Below, piece by piece: positions 1 through 10,750 of a stretch of 64,000 nt of DNA. The notes under the pieces were generated by a model. It was not told the DNA's origin and made no database searches. It saw only the letters and a list, made by a program, of their open reading frames with translations. The position numbers and the translations under genes were made by a program. The stretch's first letter is position 1. The number at the start of each line of letters is the position of its first letter. The DNA is taken from the NCBI GenBank assembly GCA_964019335.1, contig OZ025674.1, positions 1 to 64,000 on the forward strand, given 5' to 3'. This DNA is from Diplonema japonicum (Eukaryota; Protista; Euglenozoa: Diplonemea).

Positions 1-1845
1 GGGTTTGCGGGTTTGCGGGTTTGCGGGTTTGCGGGTTTGCGGGTTTGCGGGTTTGCGGGTTTGCGGGTTTGCGGGTTTGCGGGTTTGCGGGTTGCGGGTT
101 TGCGGGTTTGCGGGTTTGCGGGTTTGCGGGTTTGCGGGTTTGCGGGTTTGCGGGTTTGCGGGTTTGCGGGTTTGCGGGTTTGCGGGTTTGCGGGTTTGCG
201 GGTTTGCGGGTTTGCGGGTTTGCGGGTTTGCGGGTTTGCGGGTTTGCGGGTTTGCGGGTTTGCGGGTTTGCGGGTTTGCGGGTTTGCGGGTTTGCGGGTT
301 TGCGGGTTTGCGGGTTTGCGGGTTTGCGGGTTTGCGGGTTTGCGGGTTTGCGGGTTTGCGGGTTTGCGGGTTTGCGGGTTTGCGGGTTTGCGGGTTTGCG
401 GGTTTGCGGGTTTGCGGGTTTGCGGGTTTGCGGGTTTGCGGGTTTGCGGGTTTGCGGGTTTGCGGGTTGCGGGTTTGCGGGTTTGCGGGTTTGCGGGTTT
501 GCGGGTTTGCGGGTTTGCGGGTTTGCGGGTTTGCGGGTTTGCGGGTTTGCGGGTTTGCGGGTTTGCGGGTTTGCGGGTTTGCGGGTTTGCGGGTTTGCGG
601 GTTTGCGGGTTTGCGGGTTGCGGGTTTGCGGGTTTGCGGGTTTGCGGGTTTGCGGGTTTGCGGGTTGCGGGTTTGCGGGTTTGCGGGTTTGCGGGTTTGC
701 GGGTTTGCGGGTTTGCGGGTTTGCGGGTTTGCGGGTTTGCGGGTTTGCGGGTTTGCGGGTTTGCGGGTTTGCGGGTTTGCGGGTTTGCGGGGTTTGCGGG
801 TTTGCGGGTTTGCGGGTTTGCGGGTTTGCGGGTTTGCGGGTTTGCGGGTTTGCGGGTTTGCGGGTTTGCGGGTTTGCGGGTTTGCGGGTTTGCGGGTTTG
901 CGGGTTTGCGGGTTTGCGGGTTTGCGGTTTGCGGGTTTGCGGGTTTGCGGGTTTGCGGGTTTGCGGGTTTGCGGGTTTGCGGGTTTGCGGGTTTGCGGGT
1001 TTGCGGGTTTGCGGGTTTGCGGGTTTGCGGGTTTGCGGGTTTGCGGGTTTGCGGGTTTGCGGGTTTGCGGGTTTGCGGGTTTGCGGGTTTGCGGGTTTGC
1101 GGGTTTGCGGGTTTGCGGGTTTGCGGGTTTGCGGGTTTGCGGGTTTGCGGGTTTGCGGGTTTGCGGGTTTGCGGGTTGCGGGTTTGCGGGTTTGCGGGTT
1201 TGCGGGTTGCGGTTTGCGGGTTTGCGGGTTTGCGGGTTTGCGGGTTTGCGGGTTTGCGGGTTTGCGGGTTTGCGGGTTTGCGGGTTTGCGGGTTTGCGGG
1301 TTTGCGGGTTTGCGGGTTTGCGGGTTTGCGGGTTTGCGGGTTTGCGGGTTTGCGGGTTTGCGGGTTTGCGGGTTTGCGGGTTTGCGGGTTTGCGGGTTTG
1401 CGGGTTGCGGGTTTGCGGGTTTGCGGGTTTGCGGGTTTGCGGGTTTGCGGGTTTGCGGGTTTGCGGGTTTGCGGTTTGCGGGTTTGCGGGTTGCGGTTTG
1501 CGGGTTTGCGGGTTTGCGGGTTTGCGGGTTTGCGGGTTTGCGGGTTTGCGGGTTTGCGGGTTTGCGGGTTTGCGGGTTTGCGGGTTTGCGGGTTTGCGGG
1601 TTTGCGGGTTTGCGGGTTTGCGGGTTTGCGGGTTTGCGGGTTTGCGGGTTTGCGGGTTTGCGGGTTTGCGGGTTTGCGGGTTTGCGGGTTTGCGGGTTTG
1701 CGGGTTTGCGGGTTTGCGGGTTTGCGGGTTTGCGGGTTTGCGGGTTTGCGGGTTTGCGGGTTTGCGGGTTTGCGGGTTTGCGGGTTTGCGGGTTTGCGGG
1801 TTTGCGGGTTTGCGGGTTTGCGGGTTTGCGGGTTTGCGGGTTTGC
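1..1845 (+). repeat. (GGGTTTGC)n tandem array, ~230 units, telomere-like/satellite
   Basis: Near-pure 8-bp repeat from base 1 to ...gggtttgc at 1845, with occasional single-base indel variants (GGGTTGC, GGTTTGC, GGGGTTTGC). Confidence 0.97.
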
Positions 1846-2924
1846 TTGCGAAGTACTGCTTTACCATCATGTATCCAAGTCCAGCGATACCAATCTGGCC
1901 AGCCATAGCCACCTCCAGTGGAACACCCAGCGACTCGGCCTTCGCAAGAAGCATCTCCTCAGTCCTCTCCCTTCCAGGGTCCGTTCCTTCTTCAGGGATG
2001 ATCTCCACCTGGCCCTCGAACTGGATGATGAACTTGAGCAGTCGGTCCCCCGGCCTCGCCCTCAGTGGCACCATCGCTCTCGGAATTGGGATGCCCATCA
2101 CCACATCAATCGGGTCAAGCTGAACGAAGTCTCCCCCTACTTCCACCTGCTGTTCCCTTTCCGGTGCCCCGACTCCCATCAGCTGATCTCCCTCCGGCGT
2201 CTGGATCCCACCCCTAGGTGTGTCAGGCCCCGACTGGCTGCCTCCGCTCGGTGCGTTCCCGCCCTCTTTGGTCCCTTCGGGGGCGTCATCCGCCTGCGGC
2301 TTCAGAGTCCTCCCACCGCCCTGTCTCTTCGCAGCTTGTTCCCTACAGAATTCGCTCACGGTCATCTTCCTCGTAGCAGTTGTCGCACTCTGGTCCCCCT
2401 TGTTCGAGTCCCTCTGGGCCTCCGTATCCCCCTTAGGACACTGGTCCAAGGTCTGGTTCACCGCAGCGTCAGTCGCCCCTTGTCTCTTCCCATCTTCTTG
2501 GGCCTTCGGGTCAAGCTCCCCTCCCTGCCCAGCCCTCTCGCTGGATCCTGTTCCGGCCATCTCCGTGTCTTCTCCTCCCGGCGAGGCTGCTTCGAGTCCT
2601 GCTCCCGCTTTCCCTTGTGTTCCACCCTCCACCGGTTCCGCCTTTCGCTGCTGCTGCATTCGGGCGTCCAGGTCCTTCTTCGTCTGCTCCAGAAGGGCAT
2701 CCAGCTGGTGGGCCACCGTGATTGGGGGTCCGCCTCCCTGTCCTTTCACTTCCCTCTCGGACGACTCCTCAGCTTCGGTGGTTTTTTCATTGCCGAAGGA
2801 GTCCTCTGTGAGGTCAGTGTTGGATTCAGTGTTGGGTTCGTTGTTCGCTTCCTCGTTGTCCTTTTTTTCCTCTTCGCCGTCCGGTACCGGGGGCCCTGGA
2901 TCCAACTGTACAGGCCCTTTGACT

Positions 2925-3606
2925 AACAGCGCCCCTGCTATCGATCTCATCATGGCCGTTGACACCTCTTGGACCACACGCCTGTGTATCGAGACTCTGT
3001 CCCCGTGAGCCCGCGCAGCTATGCTCCTGGACAGTTTCTTCGTGAGGTAGACTGCTGCCTCCCCGAACCCCCCAAAGGTCTCCATCGCGAAAGGTACAAA
3101 GGCCACGCGTGTCTTGGCGAGCTCCACCTCATACTTCTGGCGCTTGTAGTGTTCCGCCTTCGCCGCTGCGTACCCCGCAGTCTTCGCCGCCTGGTTGACA
3201 CAAGACTCGTTCCTCGGGTGCACGATGACCACGTCCATAGCCATTGGGCGGGAACCCCCCACCCCACCTGGGAAGAACACGTCCGCCGGGCGCTGGGACG
3301 ACCCCGGGATCAGCCCCGTCTTCTCCATCGTTGCGCTCACCCCGGCCCACTGACAGTGTCTGTGGATGGTCTCCTTCACCCGGTCGTGCCTCGCAATCCT
3401 GGCGTTGCCGCATCCCTGGGCATGGTCACCCCATACGTCCATCCCCTCAGTCTTGCACCTCGCGTCGTGGCAGCTCTCACCCTGCTTGTAGACCGGAGCC
3501 CCCAACCACCACTTGATCAGAGCCCCAAACTCGTTGTCCGACAGCTGGTTGTAGAAGTCAGGCGTCGCCGTCAACCACGCCCCCGCATAGTGCATTGACT
3601 CCGACA
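2925..3606 (-). pseudogene. Retroelement ORF part: CCHC knuckle and restriction-like endonuclease
   Basis: Manual translation: AGAWLTATP...LSDNEF...WLG / CHDARC..MDVWGDHAQGC...RHDRV...QRPADV...AMDVVIVHP...KAEHYKRQKY...VPFAMETFGG / GEAA...VSTAMMRS. Confidence 0.88.
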
Positions 3607-4660
3607 TCAACCTCGCTCTCGAGCGTGCATCTGCTTTCGCCAAGAGGTCCTCCAGCGCCTTCTCATCAAGCACCCTAGAGAGCCACCTCTGGCTGCAGAT
3701 GTGGGGGCCTTGGCCACCATGTCGGGTGTAATCTGCATGCCGCCCTTCGTCCTGTTGAACCACTCGAGCCAGCTCCCCCATACACCCCCTTCCAGCCCAT
3801 GTTCGTATTTGGGATCCAGCTCCTTGCACAGCTTCATCGTCGACGCCCTCGAAGCCATGTTGGCCGCGCGCAGATGCTCCTGGCAGCTCCTCATCCCAAG
3901 CCCACCGACTTTTACGGACAGTTTCGCCTGCTGCCATTCTTTCGACCCGTTCTCGAACTGCATGCCGCACACCTTCGCCATCGTCTTCCGCACCATCTCG
4001 TCGAACCTGTGCATGACCCCTCCCACATGCGAGTCTGGGACCACTCTCATGTAAAACACCAGTTTGCTGTATGAGCTGCAATACCGGAGAAGTGTGTACC
4101 CTGTCTGCCTCCCCACCTTGGTCAGCATGTCGAAGTTCTCTTCCAGCGCGTCCAAGCGTTTGTTCAGAAAGGCTTGCGTGTACTCCGGCGATCCTATCGG
4201 CGCCCCCAGGAGCATGAAGTTCCTCTCTTTGTGGAAATTCTCTTCTGTCAGGCCATCGAAGCCTGTGTCCTCCACTGTCTGGGGGAGGTCGCCACTAACC
4301 CATATGAGCTCGCACTTCTGGGGTTTCACTTTCAGCCCTATCATTCCGCTCAGCTCACACAAGATGTTGTACGCCTTTCTCACTTCATCCACATTCCCCA
4401 CAAGGACGCCATCGTCCAGGTAGAACTGGAGGATGTCCAGGTTGCAGTCTTCACTTATCTTGTTCACCAGGGGTTGGATGGCCAGAGAGAACAGCAGCGG
4501 TCCCATCGGGTCCCCCTGTTGCACCCCTTCCTGGGACTTAATCACCTTTCCGTTGTAGTATAATTGGGAGGGCACCCTGTAGCACCAATCGGCCCACGCA
4601 TACAGCCCCGACGCTTGCTCATAGGCCTGTGAGCACAGCTGCCTCCGACAAACACTGTTG
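3607..4660 (-). pseudogene. Retroelement ORF part: RT palm/thumb
   Basis: SQEGVQQGDPMGPLLFSLAI, QFYLDDG, LLGAPIGS, QAKLSVKVGGLGM. Confidence 0.92.
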
Positions 4661-6667
4661 CACCTTGTTTTCCTGCTTGTTGCCCCGTTCCCTGTCCACA
4701 TACTGCCTGATGGTGTGTATAGCCGCCTCCATTCCAGCAGGGACCGATACCCCCACCTGGCCGCCTTTCTTCAGGTACGAAGAGGCCACTTCCGGAGCGA
4801 TCTTCTTCACAAGGGATTTCCCCACCAGCCGACGCAGCACATCCCCAACGGCTATGGGCCGCACGTCCCTGTCGTTCTTCTTGAGGGCCACAAGGTTCGC
4901 CCCTGCCATCAGCGGAGCCACCTCCCTAGGGGCCGTGCCTCTAGCTAATGCGTTGACTGCCCTCGTCACCGACATCAAACAGCCTTGAGACTCAAAAGCT
5001 CCGTCCACCGCGTCCTTGATGTGCTGGGCTCTCAGACCAGTCGGTCCCGCAGCAGTCCCCCTCGGGAAGTCCCTGATTGCGTCCAGCACTTCTTCTGGCA
5101 AGACTTCTACCGCTTCCTTCGTCTTCGCCGGGTTGTCCCATTGGGGGTGTAGTGGCTCTGGATGTTTGCTCTGCAGCGCTCTCCAGCAATCCTCATTGTC
5201 TTCCGCCAGCCCCTGGGCTACAAGCGCCGCGTTTCCTGCCGAGAACCTCCCTTTGCTGCACAGTTCCGTGGCCCTGGCGACCTTAGAGACCTCGTCGTTC
5301 TTAGGTTCCCCCTTCTCACCTGATTCCAGCTTATTCCAGAGGGCCATGTAATTTCCCTTCTCCCACTCCTCCAATCTGGCCTGGACACTCAGCTCCGTCT
5401 CCTTGTCCCGCTTCTTCCCTCCCCTCTTCTTCCACAGGCAGGCTTTGGGGAGCATCGCCACCAGCAGCCAAGCCTCCTCTGTGTTGTCCTTCACCGCCCG
5501 GCCCAGAGTGTGCTTAAGGGTAAGCCCCCACAGTCTTTGAAGGCTCGTCGGGATCGACCCCATGGTCGTGACGTTCATGGCGGCTATGGCTTCCAGGCTG
5601 GGTAACTCGGTCCTCGTCGGGGCCGGCGGGGGGGTCGTGTATTCCCCTTCCCTTCGCACCGCCTTTTTGCACTCGTCGTGGCACCCCTGACCCTTCCACA
5701 CACAGCCCCTGCACACCAGGCACCTCTCGAGGTCCAGTCTCCTCAGAACGCTCTCCGGGATCTCATCACTCTCCAGGTGCCCATCCAGGTGACACTTCCA
5801 TACCCTTGTCGAGTTGAACGGGGTCGTGCTTTTGCACTTCGACCTAGCGCAGTTCGCCACCGGACAGTACAGGAATTGTTGGTTCCTTGCCCCCATCTGG
5901 TCCAACACCCCTGCCTTCCCGTACCCAGGGATCGCACGGTCTATTATGTCCCACTCCCCGATGTCCTCACCCGGGGCCTCGGAGGGTTGCTTACCTGCCT
6001 TTTGTAGAGCAACCGATTGGGACTCATCAAGGAGCATCATCATCGACTCCTCCTCTCCGACTGCATACTCGTAGTGGTTGCCGTTGTACGCCAGCACCAC
6101 CACCTTCTCGTGGTCGGAGTTGTACTCCCCTATCATCAGGACTGGGTTGTTCCCCCCAGCAACCACGAGTATCGTGCGGCCAAACGCTTGTGCCGCGGCT
6201 GCCAGGCACAAGTGGTCTCCCCACGTCGCTGCTGTGCCCATCCCTTCCAAGTACCGGTCCCAACCCTCACTGCAAAACGGGGCATAGTGCTCCTCCCGGT
6301 GTTTCATCCATTCTACAACCTCGCTCCTGATGTGGGTGTGGTCGCCGTAGGCTTCCCCGAGCGAACCGGCCAGGGCGTGGAACATGCAGTTCCCGTCCTT
6401 CTCCGTCGATCTCCTCGTCAGCTTGAAGCTCTTCATGATCTCGTCCACTGACTTGCCGGCCCTGGGTTGTTTGTCGGGGTTCCACAGATTCCGCTGCCTG
6501 TGTAGTGCACAGTGCGTCTGGTTCGACGAGCACGCCGCAGCACACGTTCCACAGAGGTTCACCTTCATGCTCCTCGCCTGCTCTTGTTTCACAAAATGAT
6601 GGTGGACCGCATTGAGGTGTTTAACTAGACAGCTTGCCACACTGGTGCGGAAAGAGCAGTCTTCCAT
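4619..6667 (-). pseudogene. Retroelement ORF part: Zn finger, OTU cysteine protease, Zn finger, RT N-terminal half
   Basis: CSFRTSVASCLVKHLNAVH; KDGNCMFHALA...WGDHLCL...AYNGNHYE; CPVANC...HLDGH; GTAAGPTGLRAQH; RPIAVGDVLRRLVGK. The region that should hold the RT D..NAF motif is deleted/frameshifted near 4660. Confidence 0.88.
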
Positions 6668-6899
6668 CCGGCCACCTCGGTCCGCTTCAGCCCCATTGCA
6701 GGGTCATCTGGCTTCTGTTCCAGGGCGGCCTCGTGTTCCTCTCTGCGGGCCCTCCTCCTCCCTTCTTTCCTCGCACGACGGTGCCCTTTCTTCTCCTGTC
6801 TGGCAGCCTCCCTCGCCCCCTCCCTCGCCTTGGTCCTCTTCTCCCGACGCCTCTGAAGGGCCGTTTCGCTCCTGTGCCTCCTCCTGTTCCCTTGGGGAC

Positions 6900-7425
6900 C
6901 AGGGTGTACACCTCCGTAAAGGGTCCAGAAAAAATGGGGGGCAGAGAGGGAGGAGCACTACCTTCTCTCGGGCGTGCTGTCTCTCCCTCTGCCTTTTTTT
7001 CCTCCGAAGAGGGTCTGTTTTTCACCTCCGTGGAGGGTCCCTCTGGAGAGGGCTCTATAAAAGAAAAAGGGGGGGACAAATGGGGGGGAGGAACACTACC
7101 CGCTCTCGGGAGTGTCACCTCTTCCCCTCTCTCCCTGTTTTCCTCCGAAGAGGGTCTGTTTTTTACCTCCGTGGAGGGTTCCTCCGGAGAGGGCTCTAAA
7201 TCTGAAAAAGGGGGGGACAAATGGGGGGGAGGAGCACCACCCTCTCTCGGGAGTGCCACCTCTTCCCCTTTCTCTCTATTTTCCTCCGAAGAGGGTCTGT
7301 TTTCCTCCGAAGAGGGTTCTAAAAAAAAAAAGGGGGCGGGTGGGGCACTATCCTCTCTTGGGAGTGCCACCCCCCCTTGCCCACAAAAAAGGGGATCTAA
7401 AAAAGGGGGTTCGTCTGTTAACCCA
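6900..7425. repeat. ~525-bp insertion of 3-4 degenerate ~120-130-bp tandem units interrupting the retroelement ORF
   Basis: Repeated unit ...ttttcctccgaagagggtctgttttt(c)acctccgtggaggg...ggggggacaaatggggggga...; composition differs from the flanks; TCCCC on both sides (minus strand); removal restores EDPSP-REQEEAQ in frame. Confidence 0.65.
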
Positions 7426-7461
7426 GGGGATGGGTCTTCCTGGGGTGTGCGGGTGAGCTTG

Positions 7462-7935
7462 GGGCCTACCGCACGCAGGGTGATCGACACCCTGACACCA
7501 GTGGACATCCCGGACGGGATGTGGTGCGTCCACTGGTGTCTCGCTTCACCCTCCAACAATGCCCATGAGAAGGGGGGCACCAGGTATCTCGCCACCCTAT
7601 CCCCCCTCCTCATGACCATTGTGGTCTCGGCTCCGTACGAGAGGACTAGGACAATCGGTCCCAGCCTCGCGTCGTCCTTGTGGGCGGCAATCCCACAACC
7701 AGACTTGTACTTGTTGACAAGTACCTGGTTGGGGACCACCTTGAGACCTGCGGCGGCGGCCACCTCCCTCACCCACCCCTCCGCCTGGGATCCCCGTGGT
7801 GGGGCGCACCTTGGCGTTCGTCCCCTCCCACCGGTACCCGTATTGGAGGGTCTCCCTCCCTGAGTTCCCAGACAGGGCCTCCCACTTTCCTGAAAGCAGG
7901 GCTTTCGGGAAGGCAGGGACCGGGCCCGTCCTCAA
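7462..7935 (-). pseudogene. AlkB-family 2OG-Fe(II) dioxygenase domain of the retroelement (one frameshift near 7780)
   Basis: WEALSGNSGRETLQYGYRW...IP then (frameshift) NQVLVNKYKSGCGIAAHKDDARLGPIVLVLSYG...LLEGEARHQWTHHI...RVSITLR. The HxD...H iron triad and RxxxxxR motif are intact. Confidence 0.88.
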
Positions 7936-7945
7936 CCCGGGAGGC

Positions 7946-8107
7946 CTTGCACAGCTTCATCGTCGACGCCCTCGAAGCCATGTTGGCCGCGCGCAGGTGC
8001 TCCTGGCAGCTCCTCATCCCAAGCCCACCGACTTTTACGGACAGTTTCGCCTGCTGCCATTCTTTCGACCCGCTCTCGAACTGCATGCTGCACACCTTCG
8101 ACATCGT
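7946..8107 (-). pseudogene. Second, slightly diverged copy of the RT thumb segment (paralog of ~3823-3985)
   Basis: MSKVCSMQFESGSKEWQQAKLSVKVGGLGMRSCQEHLRAANMASRASTMKLCK versus MAKVCGMQFENGSKEW...; only a handful of substitutions. Confidence 0.92.
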
Positions 8108-8536
8108 GCGGGCAGGGGGTAAAATTTAGGAGGGGGAAAGAGGGAGAAATCAAAAAGGGGAAAGGGGCAGAGTGACCAATGTCCATGCGAAAAAGCATAG
8201 AGCGGGGAAGAAAATCAAAAACAGGAAAAACACATCACCACAAAAGAAAAAAGAGAGGAAAAAAAAAAAATAAAAAAAAAAAACCGAGACTGTCAACCGA
8301 GATGGGGTATGGGCCCCACCTGCGCCCTCCCCAACTCGAGTGAGCTGCCAAGCCACCGCACTGTTCACTGGGGCCCAGTTCTCCTTGTTGCGCACCTTGA
8401 CCGTGTCCCACACCAGGTTGTCGCTCCCCAGCTCTTCCATCAACCTGTGCTCTGCCAAGAACTTGAACTGGGGCCCGGTCATCCCCTTGAGCTCACCCCT
8501 GCATATGGTGGAACAAAGAAGTTTACCTTTATACCC

Positions 8537-8993
8537 ATGAAAAGAAAGAAAGGCGGAGACCTTCAGAAGCTTATCACAGACACGTTCCCAAACACAGAGT
8601 TGCACTTACCAGTCGTCACCTCAAAAGGGGTTGAAAAAGCAGCGTTTGCAGGTCCAGGAACTAAGTTGGAGGAGAGAATAAATAATCTGGACACGAACGC
8701 TAAAAGAGCATGGGAAGGGGAGAAAGTAAACCCAAAAGCAATAAAAACACCACCAAAGAGTACTATGGATGAAGCGGCAATGTACCATGATCTACGTTAC
8801 CACCATGCAGGACGTGTTGCTAAATCTAAAAAGGAGTTGTTGAATAAAACAAAAGGCAGACCTTTATCTTATGAAGGATAATGCTGTCAACACCATGAAC
8901 CCTTTGAACACAAACCCTGTGGATAAGTTATCTAATTTAGCAAGCATACCGGTGTTTGCTGCAAAGATTGCTTATGAGAAAGTGAGAGAATGA
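8537..8993 (+). pseudogene. Parvovirus VP1u/Polinton-type phospholipase A2-like protein, frameshifted near 8850
   Basis: GGDLQK...ELHLP...FAGPGTKLEERI...PKSTMDEAAMYHDLRY, then in a shifted frame KADLYL. This is the GPG / DxxAxxHDxxY signature. Confidence 0.75.
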
Positions 8994-9326
8994 TGCACAT
9001 TGGTTAAATGTGTATTAAGATATTTGGTATCCCTATTCCCTGTATGTTTTCTTTATTAGGTATGATGACAATAACAAGAAGAAGCTGTGGGCAAGAAGAT
9101 AAAATAAAAAAATAAAATAAAAAAGACATTCAATAAAAAACATGTTGCATAGATTTCAGATGCTGCAGCTTTAAGAGAAAAAAGTAGAAGAAGAAAAAAA
9201 AAGAATAAAAATCACACTCATCTTGCTAGTTTGTACCATTATTATGTCAAACGGTGCCAAGCTCACACCAGTGTTTTTGCAAGGAGTGAGAAAAAAAATA
9301 GGTTTCAGAATAAAAAACACCAAGGA

Positions 9327-10750
9327 TCATGCACTCCCTGCCTTGACTGTCTTGGGTAGCCAGCCATGTTTTTCCATGGCTGCCATTGTCTCCTCAGGTG
9401 TCTTGTCCTTCCACTCTTTCTTCTCTTCGTCGTAAGTCCTCCCTAACAGGTAGTGCACATGCGCCATGTAGTGAAGGCGGATCGTGTTTTCCTGCTGTAC
9501 CCTGAGGAGACCAATTGCTTCTTCCTTCTCTTGGATGGTACGGACTGTGCGTATCACAGCTTTGGTGCTTTTGAACGGCAAACCAGCAGGACCCATTTCA
9601 GCTATCTTCAAGCAAAGTTCCTCTTGAGAAGGATTTAACCCTGCAAGATCAAAACGAACCTCAAAATCTTTTCTCGTTTCCCTAACCTCTGTAATAATTG
9701 GCATTATTCATTTGTTTGTTTTTTGACCATACGCGCTGCAAACTTCTCCTGGAAATCCTTTGCATCCTTCACAGCCATCACTGTGAATGTATTTTTATGG
9801 TTTTCACATCGTGTGACATACAAGGCTCCAGGAAGTCTAGCTTCAACCCACGGAGGTTCCCGCTGAAGCAGGAGTAATACTCCTTCAGGTGGTCCTTATA
9901 CTTGTCTTTTCCACCAAGCCTCGCTGTGAAATTCTTGGCAAAGGGGTCTGCATCGAAGGCCTTCACAAAGTCGGTGTAGGACATGTGGTCAAGGAACAGG
10001 GTTTTGCACGTCTGGTGGACTGTTGGAATCAATGCACCAAGCTGTGGATAAAAAAAAAGTAGAAGTTAAAGAAGGTATCAATACCGTTGGGTTTGAGGTC
10101 TCAATGACGACAGCAATGTTCCCACCAGGATGGTCGAACGAGAGCTGTCGTGCACTAGTTGCAGCAACCTCAGCGATCGTTCGGAGACTGTGCATCTCAT
10201 CAGCACCCTTTTTAGCGGACAGCGACCAGTATATGACCAGAGGTTCCCCAGTCCCGAATATCCTGGAGCGGGACATCCAGTCGGCATATCTCAGAATAGA
10301 CCTTGCCGTTTCGTTATACAGAAAAGAAAAGTAGGGCCGAAATGCGTTCTCGATAACGGTTTTGAGGTTGGCGGTCGCATCTTGATCTTGCAATGTTGTC
10401 TCCAAAAACAACACTTTCGAACCACCAAAAGCACGCTCGATCGAAGTGGTTTTTCCAGCAGCCTTCGGACCCACAAGTATGACAAAGGCTTGCCTCTCTT
10501 CACGCTTAAAGTTCTTGCGGTAGTCTTTCAAACTCTGTACAGTCGTGTCAACGTCTTTGCGAACGTGCTTAAGCTCTGGGGTGGATGCCAGCATATCCGG
10601 ACTCACAAGGCTACGGACGTGGAGAAATTTGTTTACTTCGTATGTGAAAAGACTGCCTGCAACACTTCCACCCCACTTGACGATGCTCTTGGTTTCAGGT
10701 GACTGCTTTTTCCACCAGCTTGTGACCGTTTCCAGAACTTTTCGAGCCAT
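9327..10750 (-). CDS. P-loop NTPase-like protein, 4 exons (introns 10042-10084, 9781-9821, 9689-9732)
   Basis: Walker A ILVGPKAAGKTT. Three GTAT...CAG introns join ORFs 9989-10852, 9778-10032 and 9327-9704 into one reading frame. Confidence 0.75.

Larger units (their letters stand above)
1846..8107 (-). mobile_element. Decayed CRE/SLACS-clade (REL-endonuclease) non-LTR retrotransposon carrying AlkB and OTU domains
   Basis: Minus-strand motifs in order: AlkB (QYGY...NKY...HKD...WTH...RVSITLR), C2H2-like finger, OTU (DGNCMFHAL...WGD...NHYE), second finger, CRE-type RT (RPIAVGDVLRRL, GVQQGDPMGPLLF, FYLDDG, GGLG), GAWLTATP, CCHC knuckle + RHD, REL (RPADV..MDV, KRQKY, VPFAMETFGG). Several frameshifts. 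Confidence 0.9.

Noticed and set aside
1-1845. CRISPR array, or a confidently canonical telomere
   Set aside because: There are no spacers; polarity and unit do not fit a standard left telomere, so it is reported only as telomere-like.
5-2926. Three very long + strand ORFs (RVCGFAGL)n
   Set aside because: Artefact of a stop-free 8-bp repeat plus the antisense of the retroelement.
7462-7935. TET/JBP (base J) dioxygenase
   Set aside because: The motifs (QYGY, NxY, HxD, LSxG, RVSITxR) are AlkB-type, not TET/JBP-type.
1846-8300. Spliced-leader RNA gene as the CRE target
   Set aside because: No recognisable SL exon (...TTTCTGTACTTTATTG-like) flanks the element.
8282-8510. GC-rich coding-like fragment on - (ELKGMTGPQFKFL...)
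   Set aside because: Looks like element debris but carries no assignable motif.
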